DNA of 64,000 nucleotides from Mustelus asterias (GCF_964213995.1 NC_135816.1:61504001-61568000); one strand, 5' to 3'; positions 23,859 to 35,480 are shown, counted from the first letter of the stretch. Program-made: numbers and translations. The notes: generated from the letters alone by a model not told the origin.

Positions 23859-24197
23859 GGCGGCACGGTAGCACAGTAGTTAGCACTGCTGCTTTACAGC
23901 TCCAGGGACCTGGGTTCGATTCCCGGCTTGGGTCACTGTCTGTGCGGAGTTTGCACATTCTCCTTGTGTCTGCGTGGGTTTCCTCCGGGTGCTCCGGTTT
24001 CCTCCCACAGTCCAAAGATATGCGGGTTAGGTTGATTGGCCATGCTAAAAAATTGCCCCTTAGTGTCCTGGGATGCGTAGATTCGAGGGATTAGCAGGTG
24101 GGATATGGGGGTAGGGCCTGGGTGGGATAGTGGTCGGTGCAGACTCGATGGGTCGAATGGCCTCTTTCTGCACTGTAGGGTTTCTATGATTTCTATG
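23859..24197 (+). mobile_element. HE1/V-SINE-type SINE
   Basis: Intact A/B boxes, V core, TTTCTATG tail. Confidence 0.9.
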
Positions 24198-24214
24198 AAC
24201 ATCCCCTCGAGATT

Positions 24215-24556
24215 ATAAAATTATGAAAGGCATAGATAGGGTGAACGGTGGGAAACTTTTCCCCAGGTCGGTGGTGACGTTCACGAGGGGTCATAGGTTC
24301 AAGGTGAAGGGGGGAGGTTTAACACAGATATCAGACGGACATATTTTACACAGAGGGTAGTGGGGGCCTGGAATGCGCTGCCAGGCAAGGTGGTGGAGGC
24401 GGACACACTGGGAACGTTTAAGACTTATCTAGACAGCCATATGAACGGAGTGGGAATGGAGGGATACAAAAGAATGGTCTAGTTTGGACCACGGAGCGGC
24501 GCGGGCTTGGAGGGCCGAAGGGCCTGTTCCTGTGCTGTATTGTTCTTTGTTCTTTG
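24215..24556 (+). mobile_element. 5'-truncated CR1, same family as 13871-21591 but with a short 3' UTR
   Basis: Near-identical to the reverse complement of ~14390-14680 joined directly to 13871-13940. Confidence 0.88.
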
Positions 24557-24896
24557 AGATACATGTTTTGTTTTTTAAATTTGTACCATTGCTATTCCCT
24601 TATGGATTGCACGACAGATCTTTTCCTGTTTAGTCACTCCTGCCATCAACCCTAACATAGTTGATTATTTTTGTTCTTTTTACCCTCACTTCTTTCACTT
24701 GCTTAAAACCAATTGTTCTCTATTTTTTCACAATTCGAATGAAAGGACGGCAACCTGAAACCTAGGTCGAAATTTCCCAACCCTTCACATAGGCAAAATC
24801 TTTCAGTCGCGCCGATGTGAACAGACATTTAAATGGCTCTCTGGCCAAGCTGCGTGGAAACACACGGCAGAGGGGGCTGGAAAGATCCAGGCAATT

Positions 24897-25252
24897 TTTT
24901 TTATTCATTCATGGGACATGGATGTCGCTGGTTGGCCAGCATTTATTGCCCATCTCTAATTGCCCTTGTTCAGAGGGCAGTTGAGAATCAACCACATTAT
25001 TGCGGATCTGGAGTCACATGTAGGCCAGACCAGGTAAGGACGGCAGACTTCCTTCCCTCAGGACATTAGTGAACCAATTGGGTTTTACCAACGATCAACA
25101 ATGATTTCATAGTCATCATTAAATTCTTAATTCCAGATATTTTTTTATTGAATTCAAATTCCACCATCTGCCATGGTGGGATTCGAAAGAGGGTCCCCAG
25201 AAAATTGGCTGAGTTTCTGGATTAATAGTCTGGCGATAATACCACTAGGCCT
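24897..25252 (-). mobile_element. Second SINE family (tRNA-like head, A-rich tail); other copies near 44710-45030, 46125-46480 and 57712-58075
   Basis: B-box-like sequence near 25180 and close similarity to 57712-58075. Confidence 0.7.
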
Positions 25253-25418
25253 TCGCCATTCTATTTCTCCCTCCACAGAGACTGCCAGGCCTGCTGAGTA
25301 TTTCCAGCATTTTCTGTTTTTATTTTTAGACCATGGCTGGAGTTTACTGTGTTTCCCAGCAGGGCCGGGGGAGAAATCTGTTGCTTCTTCTGTCACATTA
25401 GGGCCGAACTATTTCAAA

Positions 25419-26332
25419 GATGACACTAAGATGAGTGGCAGAGCAAAGTGTGCAGAGGATGCTGAAAGTCTGCAGAGGGATATAGATAGTCTAATTGAGT
25501 GGGCGAGGGTCTGGGAGATGGAGTACAATGTTGGTAAATGTGAGGTCATCCATTTTGGTAGAAATAACAGCAAAATGGACTATTATTTAAATGGTAAAAA
25601 ATTGCAGCATGCTGCTGTGCAGAGGGACCTGGGTGTCCTTGTGCAAGAATCACAAGGAGTTGGTTTACAGGTGCAGCAGGTCATTAAGAAGGCAAATGGA
25701 ATTTTGTCCTTCATTGCTAGAGGGATGGAGTTTAAAAACAGCGAGGTTATGTTGCAGCTGTATAAGGTGCTGGTGAGGCCACACCTGGAGTACTGTGTAC
25801 AGTTTTGGTCTCCTTACTTGAGAAAGGATATACTGGCACTGGAGGGGGTGCAGAGGAGATTCACTCGGTTGATTCCTGAGTTTAGAGGGTTGGCTTATGA
25901 GGAATAGACTGAGTAGACTGGGACTATACTCATTGGAATTCCGAAGAATGAGGGGAGATCTTATAGAAGCATATGAGATTATGAAGGGAATAGATAAGAT
26001 AGAAGCAGTGAAGTTGTTTCCACTGGCAGGTGAAACTAGAACTAGGGGGCATAGCCTCAAAATAAGGGGAAGCAGATTTAGGACTGAGTTGAGGAGGAGC
26101 TTCTTCACACAAAGGGTTGTGAATCTGTGGAATTCCCTGCCCAGTGAAGCAGTTGAGGCTACCTCATTGAATGTTTTTAAGGCAAGGATAGATAAATTTT
26201 TGAACAGTAAAGGAATTAAAGGCTATGGTGAGTGGGGGGAGTAAGTGGAGCTGAGTCCACAAAAAGATCAGCCATGATTTTATTGAATGGCGGAGCAGGC
26301 TTGAGGGGCCAGATGGCCTACTCCTGCTCCTA
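25419..26332 (+). mobile_element. 5'-truncated CR1 LINE (RT C-terminus, one frameshift)
   Basis: DDTKMSG...LQRDID...RPHLEYCVQFWSP...RMRGDLIE...QRVVNLWNSLP. Confidence 0.9.
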
Positions 26333-26385
26333 GGTCAGAAAACCATGGCCTCTGTGTCTATTTATAAAGTCCACTGAAAGTTATA

Positions 26386-26534
26386 GGCCGGAAGTTTCTG
26401 GTTGTTCACACCCAGCCCCCCCTCCACCCAACCAGGGCAAGTCAGGGCGGAGAATTTAGCGCTCAGCCAAGTTTCCATGCACTGTAGCGGGACCAGAAAA
26501 TCCCACCGGCATAGACAACCAGAAATTTCCAGCC
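26386..26534. mobile_element. Short MITE
   Basis: Imperfect TIRs GGCCGGAAGTTTCTGGTTG / CAACCAGAAATTTCCAGCC. Confidence 0.55.
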
Positions 26535-27334
26535 ATGGTTTCTGTATGAAATTTGGGGCTGGGATTAAATTGTGATTAGGCTAGGGCTAGCCTTAAAAAA
26601 ATATCATTGATAACATTGTTATGGTTAGGTTTAGTGTTGGGATTGAAACCATTATTGACACATTGCTGTCGCTGGCCTCGCTGTTATCCCCTCACAGACT
26701 AGTCAGAAAGCAACCAGAAGTAATTGTTGGTTTAGGGAACTATCTTCGCAACCAATCTGAGTTCCTGATTGCTTCTACATCTTTACACTTTCCGCAGCAA
26801 AAAAAAAATCTGAAGTATTTGGTCAGAGGTCCAGGTGAATTCAGACATTCCACTTGCCAGTATACCTAATGGAGCTGGAGATTTGCCCAGTCCACAGCCC
26901 CTGCTGTTCTGCCAAAGCCCCTTAGAATGGCTGACAATTGAAATGCCTGACTTGGAATGTGTGATAAGTCAGGGAAACAAATGTCCCACTTTACTGCGGA
27001 TTGCACAACTCTCTCTCATTTACTTCTTCATTTTTAAGTTTAGCAGATAGATGCATTCAATTTGTATTTTATTTTGCATGCTTTGCAAATATTGTTTCAT
27101 TTAAAATTTAAGCATAGCTACACTATTCCAAAGATACCTCAGTCAGCCCGCCTCACTAACAGAAAGGGAGGGTAGTGTGTATTGCGGGATACAAGTGTGA
27201 ACGTTAGGAACCCGTTACTCACTTTGGTTGCTTGGTATTATAATTAATTCAGACTGACAAAAAACTAACCTGAAGAAAGAATTAAGATAAAGTTCATGTT
27301 GAAGGTATTAGTTGCAGAACTCCAAAGTAAAATG

Positions 27335-27636
27335 GGGCAGCATGGTGGCACAGTGGTTAGCACTGCTGCCTCACGACGCCAGAGACCCAGGTTCAATTCC
27401 AGCCTTGGGTCACTGTCTGAGTTGAGTTTGCATGGGTTTCCTCCGGGTGCTCCGGTTTCCTCCCGCAGTCCAAAGATGTGCAGGTTAGGTGGATTGGCCA
27501 TGCTAAATTGACCCTAGTGTCAGGGGGATTAGCAGGGTAAATGTGTGGGTTTACAGGAATAGGGCCTGGGTGGGATTGTGGTTGGTACAGACTCGATGGG
27601 CCGAATGGCCTCCTTATGTACTGTAAGGATTCTATG
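27335..27636 (+). mobile_element. HE1/V-SINE-type SINE
   Basis: Head/core/tail as the other copies. Confidence 0.85.
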
Positions 27637-28158
27637 AAAAGCCCTCCCTGCTGTTCAGAGAAATGTGGCCCCAAAACTTTCTCTTTCTGATCTCTTCTGT
27701 AAGTCTTTAAATCCTCCTCCAGTCTAGTCCCCTCGATGATGGTGACGTGGCCCTTCCCCTTCCCAACATGGAGAAGAAATCGGGATGATTCTGATTGTCT
27801 GCTTTGGACACTAAACAACCCCAGTGAAGCCATGGCCCTCTAGAAGCATGGGTCCTGGTGATAAGCACTGTCTGCACCCCTTCTCCCAGGCCCTGTTCCC
27901 AGCAAATTACTTTTCACTATTCATTTTAGCCTCGGAATTTCAGGCTTTGGATTACTAAATCCACCAGTCAGGATTGATGTGATTAATGTTCCCTCAGGAA
28001 TGTACCGCACTGTGCAATAAACAAACCACACATGGCAAAAGGATATTGGAGGGAATATTGGAGGTGGTCCTATAACTTCCATAACCAGATGTGTCACACT
28101 GGAGCCACATCAGTTTTGAAAAGCCATTACTTATCTCTCCCTGGCCTCTTACAAAGAG

Positions 28159-28590
28159 CAGTAAGAAGTCTCACAACACCAGGCTAAAGTCCAACAGGTT
28201 TATTTGGTAGCACAAGCTTTCGGAGTCTCGCTCCTTCTTCAAGTGAGTCTTGTAGGAACTTGATGTCTGTGTCGATATGCGCGATCTCCTTGGAGATCCT
28301 CTCCACTTGGAACCGGCAATTTGCGATGTCGATGGTAGCCATGATGTGGAGATGCCGGCGTTGGACTGGGGTCAGCACAGTAAGAAATCTCACAACACCA
28401 GGTTAAAGTCCAGCAGGTTTATTTGGTAGCACAAGCTTTTGGAGTCTCGCTCCATTTTCAGGTGAGATTCACCTGAAGAAGGAGTGAGACTCCGAAAGTT
28501 TGTGCTACCAAATAAACCTGTCGGACTTTAATCTGGTGTTGTGAGACTTTTTACTGTGCTGACCCCAGTCCAACGCCGGCATCTCCACAT
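28159..28590. mobile_element. Miniature rearranged PLE: two minus-strand terminal repeats with an ORF N-terminal fragment plus one inverted repeat
   Basis: 13-bp TSD CTCTTACAAAGAG (28146-28158/28591-28603). Inversion centred at ~28467. Peptide MATIDIANCRFQVERISKEIAHIDTDIKFLQ. Confidence 0.88.
28470..28504 (+). ncRNA. Hammerhead motif (stem III altered)
   Basis: CAC CUGAAGA A GGAGU-GAG-ACUCC GAAA GUU U GUG. Confidence 0.6.
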
Positions 28591-29758
28591 CTCTTACAAA
28601 GAGGACAGTGACTGACTGTTATTAGAGAACTTGCAAATATGGAACTTACATTTTCTGTTTTTATTTTGAGACCATGGCAGGAGTTTACTGTGTTTCCCAG
28701 CAGGGCCAGGGAGAGAAATTGTGGGCTCTGGTGCTTCTGCTGTTTCCAGGCCCCTTATCCCCATTCCTTCCTCTAATCTCTTCAACTTCCATCTCACATC
28801 CTTTGGGCGCCCAGATTGGGGAAAATTAGCCACAGTCGGGTTGAACTGTTTCAAAAACTGTTTCAAATAAGAACAACGTATTGCCATTTTGACCTCTGTC
28901 AGCAGGACTTTCTCACCCCACCCGCCATCAGATTGGTCCAGTCTCCTTGAAAGTGAATGAACTTTTGGTTGACCCACTGCATTCCCCTGGGTAAACCCGC
29001 AACAGTGAGGCTGGAAAATCTCTTCCTATGTATCTTCTTATAAAGCCCACTTTGAGTTTTGGTTTCAGTATGATATTTGGGGCTGGGATTAGATTGTGGT
29101 TAGGTTAGAGTTACCCTCAAAAAATATTATTGATAACATTGTTCTGTTTAAGTTTAGTGTTAGGCTTGAAACCATTATTGACACATCGCTGTCACTGGAC
29201 ACTTCCTTTTATTCCCTCACACAGACCAGTCAGAAAGCAATAGTTGATTCAGGGAACTATCTTGGCACCCAATCTCAAGTTCCTCATTGCTTCCACAACT
29301 TTACACTTTCCACAAAAGGAAAACACATCGAGGACATGAGGCTTGGACACTTTGTCAGAGGTTCAGATGGATTCAGACATTCCACTGAGACATTCAGTTA
29401 TCCGGATTCCCGAAAACTTTTCTGACAATCACGTGTTCGCCAGGAGCCACCAGTCACTTTCTGTTTCCTCCTGTTGAATTCTCTATGTTTTTCCACTGTG
29501 GTTAGGGTTTTGGGTTAGTGCTTTTTCATTACTCTGCCCCACTTTTTACAACAGTTACATCTAAATGAAAAGGGTGTTTAACCACAAAACTGGGCAATAT
29601 GTGACTTTCTGCTACAGAGAGTGAAGGTTGTTGAAGGAGGGACTCAAGCAGAGAATCAAATCTCAACTTGGAAAACAGGAGCAGGCAGAAAGAGATAGAA
29701 TAAACATGAGGCTGTGATTGGATTGGAGGAATAGAAAGTGGGGGTTGTCTCCACTGTC

Positions 29759-30392
29759 AAATGTCCCGAGGCATGGTACATTGGGGAAACCATGCAGACA
29801 CTACGACAACGGATGAATGAACACCGCTCGACAATCACCAGGCAAGACTGTTCTCTTCCTGTTGGGGAGCACTTCAGCGGTCATGGGCATTCGGCCTCTG
29901 ATATTCGGGTAAGCATTCTCCAAGGCGGCCTTCGCGACACACGACAGCGCAGAGTCGCTGAGCAGAGACTGATAGCCAGGTTCCACACACATGAGGATGG
30001 CCTCAACCGGGATCTTGGGTTCATGTCACACTATCTGTAACTCCCACAACTTGTCTGGATTTGCAAAGTCTCACTGGCTGTCCTGTCTGGAGACAGTACA
30101 CATCTCTTTAACCTGTGCTAATGCTCTCTCCACTCACATTGTCTGTACCTTTAAGACTTGATTAGCTGTAAAGACTCGCATTCCAAACATTATTCATTAT
30201 TCTGTAAATTGAGTTTGTGTCTTTATAATGCCCTGTTTGCTGTTTATGAGCAGATCTTCCACTCACCTGATGAAGGAGCAGTGCTCCGAAAGCTAGTGGC
30301 GTTTGCTACCAAATAAACCTGTTGGACTTTAACCTGGTGTTGTTAGACTCCTTACTGTGTTTACCCCAGTCCAACGCCGGCATCTCCACATC
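29759..30392 (+). mobile_element. 5'-truncated Neptune-type PLE (GIY-YIG end plus terminal repeat)
   Basis: CPEAWYIGETMQTLRQRMNEHR...GLNRDLGFMSHYL. Confidence 0.9.
30259..30299 (+). ncRNA. Hammerhead ribozyme motif with canonical CUGAUGA core
   Basis: CAC CUGAUGA A GGAGC-AGU-GCUCC GAAA GCU A GUG. Confidence 0.82.
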
Positions 30393-30993
30393 TTTAAATA
30401 CTCTCCCAGTCTGGTCCCCTCGATGATGGTGCCCTGGAGCTCAGGGCCCTTCCCCTCCCAACATTGGGATGGTCTGCTTTCCTTTTTGTTTACTTTGGAC
30501 ACTGAGCATCCCCATTGACAGGCCAGTGAACCCAGTCCCCATTAGAGGCACAGGCCTCAGTGAATAGCACCCTCTGCACCCCCTCACCCAGGCCCTCTTT
30601 CCCCAGCACATGACTTTTGACCATTCGTTTCAGCCCCTGAATATCTGCCCATGGTTCAGGTTTTGGATGCACCAGTCAGGATTCAGGTGATCAATGTTCC
30701 CTCAGGAATGTACCACATAGCAAAGCAAAATCACAGGAATATCAGAGGTGGTCCTAAACTTCCATCACCAGATGTGTCACACTAGAGCCACATCAATCCT
30801 GAAAATATATTACTTTATAGAATCATAGAATCCCTACATCTAGGAGAGGCCATTCGGCCCACCAAGTCTGCACTGACTCTCTGACAGAGTATCTTACCCA
30901 GGCCCTCTCGTCCTATCCTCGTTATCCCACGCATTTACCATGGCTGATTCATCTAACCTACACATTTGGGACTCTAAGGGGCAACTTAACATA

Positions 30994-32382
30994 ATGTGGA
31001 GATGCCGGCGTTGGACTGGGGTAAACACAGTAAGAAGTTTAACAACACCAGGTTAAAGTCCAACAGGTTTATTTGGTAGCAAAAGCCACACAAGCTTTTG
31101 CAGCTCTAAGCCCCTTCTTCAGGTGAGTGGGAATTCTGTTCACAAACAGAGCTTATAAAGACACAGACTCAATTTACATGAATAATGGTTGGAATGCGAA
31201 TACTTACAACTAATCAAGTCTTTAAGAAACAAAACAATGTGAGTGGAGAGAGCATCAAGACAGGCTAAAAAGATGTGTATTGTCTCCAGACAAGACAGCC
31301 AGTGAAACTCTGCAGGTCCACGCAACTGTGGGAGTTACAAATAGTGTGACATGAACCCAATATCCCGGTTGAGGCCGTCCTCGTGTGTGCGGAACTTGGC
31401 TATCAGTTTCTGCTCAGCGACTCTGCGTTGTCGTGTGTCGCAAAGGCCGCCTTGGAGAACGCTTACCCGAATATCAGAGGCCGAATGCCCGTGACCGCTG
31501 AAGTGCTCTCCAACAGGAAGAGAACAGTCTTGCCTGGTGATTGTCGAGCGGTGTTCATTCATCCGTTGTCGCAGCGTCTGCATAGTTTCCCCAATGTACC
31601 ATGCCTCGGGACATCCTTTCTTGCAGCGTATCAGGTAGACAACGTTGGCCGAATTGCAAGAGTATGTACCGTGTACCTGGTGGATGGTGTTCTCATCTGA
31701 TGCCATCATCTCACGTGAGAACACCATCCACCAGGTACACGGTACATACTCTTGCAATTCGGCCAACGTTGTCTACCTGATACGCTGCAAGAAAGGATGT
31801 CCCGAGGCATGGTACATTGGGGAAACTATGCAGACGCTGCGACAACGGATGAATGAACACCGCTCGACAATCACCAGGCAAGACTGTTCTCTTCCTGTTG
31901 GGGAGCACTTCAGCGGTCACGGGCATTCGGCCTCTGATATTCGGGTAAGCGTTCTCCAAGGCGGCCTTTGCGACACACGACAACGCAGAGTCGCTGAGCA
32001 GAAACTGATAGCCAAGTTCCGCACACACGAGGACGGCCTCAACCGGGATATTGGGTTCATGTCACACTATTTGTAACTCCCACAGTTGCGTGGACCTGCA
32101 GAGTTTCACTGGCTGTCTTGTCTGGAGACAATACACATCTTTTTAGCCTGCCTTGATGCTCTCTCCACTCACATTGTTTTGTTTCTTAAAGACTTGATTA
32201 GTTGTAAGTATTCGCATTCCAACCATTATTCATGTAAATTGAGTCTGTGTCTTTATAAGCTCTGTTTGTGAACAGAATTCCCACTCACCTGAAGAAGGGG
32301 CTTAGAGCTCCGAAAGCTTGTGTTGCTTTTGCTACCAAATAAACCTGTTGGACTTTAACCTGGTGTTGTTAAACTTCTTACC
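30994..32382. mobile_element. Fold-back (head-to-head) PLE insertion forming a ~1.39-kb near-perfect palindrome
   Basis: 12-bp TSD CAACTTAACATA (30982-30993/32383-32394). Arms 31030-31695 and 31716-32381 are reverse complements. Confidence 0.93.
32281..32322 (+). ncRNA. Hammerhead ribozyme motif (right palindrome arm, intact)
   Basis: CAC CUGAAGA A GGGGC-UUAGA-GCUCC GAAA GCU U GUG. Confidence 0.8.
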
Positions 32383-32616
32383 CAACTTAACATAGCCAGT
32401 CTTTGGAGTGTGGGTGGAAACTGGGGCACCCGGGGGAAACCCACGCAGACACAGGGAGAATGTACAAACTCCGCACAGTCAGTCACCTGTGGCCAGGATT
32501 GAACCGAGGTCCCTGTGAGGCAGCAGTGCTAACCACTGTGCTGCCGTGCCGCCCTCCTTATCTCTCCCTGACCCCTTACAAAGAGGAAAGTGACAGATTG
32601 ATATTAGAGAACTTAC

Positions 32617-32733
32617 AATTATGGAACTGTGGCCTTACATTATAGTAAATGTAGGAGGGTGAATTATTGCTAATCTCTGGATTGCAGTATGAGGAACCCG
32701 TATAACAAGTTGGAGATGTACAGCTGCCTATCT
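32617..32733 (-). CDS. Candidate TIM gene A exon 3 (stalk, EIGSCTSPTCYTGSSYCNPEISNNSPSYIYYN[VRPQFHN])
   Basis: Pyrimidine-rich CCCAG acceptor, open in phase 1 matching the IgV exon. Two possible donors: GTAAGG after 32639 and GTAAGT after 32617. Confidence 0.45.
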
Positions 32734-32854
32734 CTGGGATTGGCAAAGTAAGAACAGGCTTTGGGAACAAACATGCTTCAGGTGGCTGACCCGACATATG
32801 GTTTAGAAACGGAAAATACTGGAAACAACAGCAGGTGAGGCAAACAGCAATAAT

Positions 32855-33698
32855 GGGTGGAATTCTCCCAAAAAATTTCTAAGTGTCATAATGGCAAGAA
32901 CAATGGACCGTGCTGGTCTCTCAGGCCTGCTCCACACCACAATCCTCTCACATTCAGTCACTTTTCTGTGGATTTGGGAGGGGCCAAAACATGCTGTTAA
33001 GACTGTTTCAGTGCGCTCAGCTGCTGCATCGTAAGGGTGCCCTGATCTCACAGTGCAATGGGAGATCCCCTCACCCTCCCCACAGACATCAGAACCGCCC
33101 CTCATCAGCATGCTCCCCCACTCCCTCCGTGACACATAACGTGGGTGTCGGGGCATCAGGGCCCTCCTGATGGGTTTCCCTGCCTGATGCTGAACATGTC
33201 CCCCTATCATGACCCCCGACATGTCCCCCCATCTTGACTCCCAACATCCACTTCTGCATAACCCCCATAGCCCTCTGCATAGCCCCCTCCTCCCCACCCC
33301 CGTTATAGCCCCCACTCAGGCCGCAACCCCTTGGAATTGTCCCTGGCACACTGCCCAACTGGCACCACTGGGTGTCCACTGGCTAATGCCAGTGTATCAG
33401 GTGGGCACCGCCAGATAGGCACTGCCCACAACCACCTGAGACTGCAATGGCTTCCGAGCCCCTTGGCATTGCCAGGTCTCTGCTAGTGGAGTCCAGTAGT
33501 GATGCTCGCCATTATTGTGCCGCGCCCGAAGGCCAGAGACCTCCGAGCGCTGGGAGTTGAACGGGCTATGCACATTTAAATGTGCCTTTTTAGGTGTGAT
33601 CCGGTTCGCACTATTTGGATGGGGCTGGAGACTCGCCAGCTGCACACTATTCTCCAGGATTGGCACAATCTACTAATGGCAAGGTCAGAAAATCTCGA
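32855..33698. mobile_element. GC-rich Harbinger-like MITE in the intron after the TIM A IgV exon
   Basis: Starts GGGTGGAATTCTCCCAAAAAATTTCTAAGTG. Homologous at both ends to 22503-23530. Confidence 0.6.
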
Positions 33699-33740
33699 TG
33701 CACCATGTACACAGAAAAATATAACATTAAACTGACTTAC

Positions 33741-34088
33741 CCTCCAAAACCAGCAGATTGGTGTAGTCTATCTGATCATTAAAAAGGCCGGCTATCTCTA
33801 CACGGCAGCAATACCTGCCAGTGTCTTCTTCACCGAGATGGTCCACAGTGAGAGATACATCCCCTTCTTCTATTTTACCATCAAGGTGGAATTTTGTGGA
33901 GATTCTTGAAGTTACAGTTTTCCCATTTGTTACAATCAGTGTATCTGCACAGCTATATGCAGAGCACTGTCCCCTGCCCCAGCACATTGCAGTTTCACCA
34001 TTCTGTGTGACAGAGTATGTGCAGGGCAGTGTGACTGACTGTCCCAGGAATCCTCGCACTTCAGATCCTCTTACAGAGGGGACTGGAC
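33741..34088 (-). CDS. TIM-family (HAVCR1/TIMD4-like) gene A, IgV-domain exon, intact
   Basis: TTTCAG acceptor and GTAAGT donor, 348 nt, phase 1-1. Translation GQSVTLPCTY...MCWGRGQCSAYSC...GDVSLT...YCCRVEIAGLFND has the six-Cys TIM IgV pattern and an FG-loop xFND motif (WFND in mammalian TIM-1/TIM-4). Confidence 0.92.
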
Positions 34089-34297
34089 CTGAAACAATCC
34101 AGATAAAGACAGTAATAATTCAGTGTCCATTGCAGTGCCAGAGAAAGCATGCAGAGAATGAACAAACAGCATAGTACACAACTATCAGCTGGATTGTGTC
34201 AGTAACACACCAACCACACTTTATGCATTGCATTAAATGATTCTATATTAACATAATACAGTGTAAGAAAAATTATGTTTTAAGCTCAAAAACTTAC

Positions 34298-34340
34298 ATA
34301 AAAGAACAATTAGGGCAGCCAGATGAGTCACAAACATCAT
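34298..34340 (-). CDS. TIM-family gene A, exon 1 (signal peptide MMFVTHLAALIVLL-C)
   Basis: ATG at 34340, 14 mostly hydrophobic codons plus 1 nt, then a GTAAGT donor. Splices in phase 1 to the IgV exon to give MMFVTHLAALIVLLCPVPSVRGSEVRG. Confidence 0.8.
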
Positions 34341-34495
34341 GCTGGATGCTGCAGGCTCGAATGATCTAAGCTGGTCAGTTGAAATACTTGGTTCTAATAT
34401 TAGTTCAGTATGTGGTTAAGAGTTTCCTTCACAGATGCAGAATGATGTTTCCAGTAATATGGAGCCACAGTGAAATTAAGAAAGGCTGCTCTATA

Positions 34496-35480
34496 TGTAG
34501 TTGGGCATTAGCCCTTTTAAGAGAACAGGTCTGGTAACCCAGGGCACAAGCTCCACCCTGGGTGGAGCTTGCTAGGTCATCCTTGTGCTACTGACATGAC
34601 GTTGAATAAATAGTTCCTCTTAGTTTACACTTAGTTAGCTCGTGGTCTCTCATTAGTCCAATATTAGAGCTCATATTTAACAACTGGCAACAAAGCTGAG
34701 TCACAGCCCACTGCGTGTTTCCGCTGGGTTTGTGGAAGAAAGGAGGAAGATCAGACATCACCCAGATTCCAATAAAAAGGTACACAGCAGGCATCGGGCT
34801 TCAGGCGGTAGTCGTGAGGGGTCTAGGGCATCAGTCGACGGCCAGAATAGGAGAGGGATTCTCAACTGGGCGCACCAAGATCATCGGTCACGAGGGGACT
34901 CGGGTTGCATTCGACACGAGTTGTAGGAGACCACCATTGGTGAGGGAATGGCTGGCGCAAAGAGTGTGAAACAAGTAGACTCGGGCTGCAAGCGGCTACT
35001 GAACACGAATGGCGGGGAAACCACCCGGCAGCGGGAACAGAAAATGGCGGGCCAATTCAGAGCGATGGGACCATTTAATGAAGAAACAGAGAGCTGGGCG
35101 CTGTGTACTGAGTATTTTCATTTATACTTAAAAGCTAACAAGGTGGACAAAAACCTCATGGCAGCGGTCATTCTCAGCACGATAGGGAGTAAGACGTTCA
35201 TGACGCAAAGAAGTCTTATACAGCCGGGAAAGTCCACGGAGAAACCCTTAGTGGAGTTGTGCGAGGGGCTAGCGAATCATTTCACTCAAAAACCACTCAT
35301 GATAGCGGAACATTTTCGATTTTACAAAAGAGCACAGCTGGAAGGAGAGTTCATTGTTCAATTTGTGGCTGTGTTAAAAAGAAAGTGTGAATTTGGCAGT
35401 TTCCTGCAAGATGTCTTACGGAACCGTTTATTTTGTGGCCTCCGAAATGAAGCAATCCAACAAAAACTTCGAACAATAAA
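34496..35480 (+). mobile_element. Truncated Gypsy (Mag-like) element: 5' LTR ~34496-34682, PBS-like TGG, decayed gag
   Basis: TGT...AACA LTR with AATAAA, then ACTGGCAAC. gag GPFNEETESW...PKPL-like MIAEHFRFYKRAQ...CEFG...LRNRLFCGL. Confidence 0.75.

Larger units (their letters stand above)
30818..32553 (-). mobile_element. HE1-type SINE split by the PLE palindrome
   Basis: SINE tail at 30818-30993 and head at 32395-32553. Confidence 0.8.
25310..32630. repeat. Old tandem duplication of non-TE intronic sequence (unit A ~25310-28645, unit B ~28650-32630)
   Basis: Collinear blocks 25310-25390/28650-28740, 26540-26850/29060-29390, 27710-28130/30395-30815, 28130-28645/32557-32630, each with different TE insertions. 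Confidence 0.8.

Noticed and set aside
28161-28590. Recurring ~45-nt repeats resembling a CRISPR-like array
   Set aside because: They are PLE terminal repeats with a TSD in a vertebrate genome. No spacer periodicity or cas genes.
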